In this document: piece by piece, positions 61,340 to 64,000 of the stretch
Numbering within the stretch: the stretch's first letter is position 1
How the letters are laid out: each line of letters opens with the position of its first letter
Source of the DNA: Candidatus Fermentithermobacillaceae bacterium
GTDB lineage: Bacteria > Bacillota > Sulfobacillia > Fermentithermobacillales > Fermentithermobacillaceae
Length of the DNA stretch: 64,000 nt
Assembly: GCA_012840345.1 (NCBI GenBank)
Contig: DULO01000114.1
Location: forward strand, 2,192 to 66,191
Direction: 5' to 3'
Position numbers and translations under genes: made by a program
The notes under the pieces: model-generated
Database searches by the model: none
What the model was told of the DNA's origin: nothing
What the model saw: the letters and a program-made list of their open reading frames with translations, nothing else

Positions 61340-63304
61340 ATGACAAAGACAAACTCGAAAGACGCGGTTAGCGAAGCAAAAGAGCGGGTCCTTCTTGGGT
61401 TGAACCCGAGGCAAGTGGAGGCGGCCACCCACGTCGAAGGACCCCTTTTAATACTGGCCGGCGCGGGAAGCGGCAAGACGACGGTGCTTACCAGGAGAGT
61501 CGCGTACATAATCGCGTCGGGATGGGAACCTTGGTCGATCCTTGCCATCACGTTTACCAACAAGGCGGCCAACGAACTGAAAACCCGGATAGCGGCTCTC
61601 TTGGGAGAGCAGGGCGAGGGCGTATGGGCCATGACTTTCCATTCCTTCTGCGCCAGGGTCCTCCGTGCCGAGTTTCCGGGGATAGGAAGGTCAGGCCGCT
61701 TTTCCATAGCCGACGACTCGGACCAGCTAAAAGTCATGAAGGCGTGCCTTAAAGAGTTGAACCTTTCTGAGAAACAATACCCTCCCAGGGGCATACTCCA
61801 CGCCATTTCCAACGCCAAAGACGAACTCATGGGACCGGACGAATACGCCGCTCGAGCTTCTACTTTCTACGAGACCAAGGTGGCTCAAGCGTACTCTCTG
61901 TATAAACGGAAGCTCTTGGAGATGGACGCTCTGGACTTTGACGATCTCCTTATGGAGACCGTGCTCCTGTTCCGGGGAAACCCGCGTATCTTGCAAAAGT
62001 ACCAAGAGAGATTCCAGCACATTCTCGTGGACGAGTATCAGGACACCAACAGGGCCCAGTACGAGCTAACCAAACTCCTGGCGGCGTCTCACAGGCGGAT
62101 TGCCGTGGTGGGCGACGATGACCAAAGCATCTACACTTTCCGCGGAGCCGATATTCGCAACATATTGGATTTTGAGAGAGACTATCCTGAATGCAAAGTG
62201 GTCAAGCTTGAGCAGAACTACCGGTCTACCCAGGTTATCTTGGACGGCGCCTTCAATGTGGTGAAGCACAACCTCGAACGTAAGGACAAAAGGCTTTGGA
62301 CTTCAAAGAAAGGCGGATTGCCCATCACTGTGTACGCGGGTCAGAGCGCCGAAGACGAAGCCAGATTCGTCGTTTCCGAAATCGAGCGGCTTGTTGGCGA
62401 GGGGCTCCCCCTCTCTTCATGCGCCATACTGTACCGAACCCACGCCCAGTCGAGGTCTTTTGAAGAAGCCTTTATAAACGCCGGCGTGCCTTACACAGTG
62501 CTTGCGGGCTTCAGATTTTACGAGCGGAAGCACATACGCGATGCCGTGAGTTACTTGAGGCTTCTCGCGTACCCCAAAGACAGGCTTTCCTTGGAGCGCG
62601 TGGCGAACGAGCCTCCGCGCGGGCTGGGGCCGGCCGCCATCGAAAAGATAGTCCGTTACGCTCAAGAACAAGATGTCGGGCTGGTAGACGCTATGTGTTC
62701 GGCCGAATCTATCAAGGGGCTCACAAGGCCTCAGAAGAAAGGCGCCTTGGAACTGGGAACTGCCCTAATGGAAATGCGTAGAGCCGCTTCGTCTTTGCCT
62801 TTGGGCCAGCTGCTCCACGATACCCTCGAAAAAACCGGTTATCTGGAAGCTCTCCGGAATGAAGGCACCTCTGAGAGCCAGTCCCGTCTCGAGGACCTCT
62901 CCGAGTTAATGGGGTCGCTCCGGCAGTACGACGAAATGGAAAACCCGCTTTACAGTTTCTTGGAGAACTGTTCTTTGGCGTCCGACCAAGACTCGTACGA
63001 TGAGAAGAAAGAGTCTTGCGTTATGGGCACCCTTCACTCCGCCAAGGGATTAGAGTTTGAGGCCGTGTTTTTGGTCGGACTGGAAGAGGGACTCCTGCCT
63101 CACTCCAGGGCGCTCTTGGATGAGAGGCAGCTTGAGGAAGAACGTCGTCTCATGTACGTTGGAATGACCAGGGCCAAACTCAGGCTGTACCTCACCTTCG
63201 CGTTTGCCCGGAATGGTTACCTCGGGCCGACCCGTACCCGTGTGTCAAGGTTCATTTCAGAGATCCCCAGGGAGCTTTTGGAAGTCCGCACTTGGGAAGA
63301 CTGA
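61340..63304 (+). CDS. pcrA: ATP-dependent DNA helicase PcrA/UvrD
   Basis: LNPRQVEAA, AGAGSGKTT, VDEYQDTN, YRS, GTLHSAKGLEF, VGMTRA. ATG 61340 chosen; the ORF opens at 61259. Confidence 0.9.
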   Translation: MTKTNSKDAVSEAKERVLLGLNPRQVEAATHVEGPLLILAGAGSGKTTVLTRRVAYIIASGWEPWSILAITFTNKAANELKTRIAALLGEQGEGVWAMTFHSFCARVLRAEFPGIGRSGRFSIADDSDQLKVMKACLKELNLSEKQYPPRGILHAISNAKDELMGPDEYAARASTFYETKVAQAYSLYKRKLLEMDALDFDDLLMETVLLFRGNPRILQKYQERFQHILVDEYQDTNRAQYELTKLLAASHRRIAVVGDDDQSIYTFRGADIRNILDFERDYPECKVVKLEQNYRSTQVILDGAFNVVKHNLERKDKRLWTSKKGGLPITVYAGQSAEDEARFVVSEIERLVGEGLPLSSCAILYRTHAQSRSFEEAFINAGVPYTVLAGFRFYERKHIRDAVSYLRLLAYPKDRLSLERVANEPPRGLGPAAIEKIVRYAQEQDVGLVDAMCSAESIKGLTRPQKKGALELGTALMEMRRAASSLPLGQLLHDTLEKTGYLEALRNEGTSESQSRLEDLSELMGSLRQYDEMENPLYSFLENCSLASDQDSYDEKKESCVMGTLHSAKGLEFEAVFLVGLEEGLLPHSRALLDERQLEEERRLMYVGMTRAKLRLYLTFAFARNGYLGPTRTRVSRFISEIPRELLEVRTWED

Positions 63305-63307
63305 TAA

Positions 63308-64000
<693 letters not shown>

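Overview
Densely coding chromosomal segment, moderately GC-rich by eye, mostly on the + strand. Gene order looks Firmicutes/Clostridia-like: acpS-nnr-mazEF, tsaEB-rimI-tsaD, and maf-radC-mreBCD-mrdA-minCDE-rodA. I found no rRNA, tRNA, CRISPR array or intact mobile element.

Recognisable content, in order:
- metNIQ and dapF
- an accessory-looking locus at 4.2-11.3 kb, built around a FadR/GntR-type regulator
- acpS, nnr and mazEF
- a small amino-acid/peptide catabolic trio
- a four-gene operon of unknown function with a GlmL/MutL-like ASKHA protein (17.2-21.4 kb)
- a family-4 uracil-DNA glycosylase and the t6A genes, with pyrF inserted antisense
- a radical-SAM/PDZ protein
- three tandem M42 peptidases plus tldD/pmbA
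- cell-wall deacetylase and amidase
- iscR-iscS-iscU
- a TPR protein, a P-loop/Asp23 fusion and rpoN
- an rnf operon with the order C-D-E-A-B and no rnfG
- the cell-shape/division cluster
- an RseC-like gene
- a bacterial XPB helicase with its partner gene
- pcrA and the 5' part of ligA

The best candidate for an undescribed system is the 4.2-11.3 kb locus. It holds a single-polypeptide GlmS+GlmE-like cobalamin mutase with a shifted DxHxxG motif. That gene is translationally coupled to a tiny ORF and followed by a DTBS/CobQ-like P-loop protein and a D-2-hydroxyacid dehydrogenase. It sits divergent from a SelA-like PLP enzyme plus a small beta-barrel protein. There is no methylaspartase gene and no adjacent glmL. 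A GlmL-like protein lies 9 kb away in its own unexplained operon.

All family assignments come from motif reading by eye. No searches were run, and start codons were refined by hand where noted.
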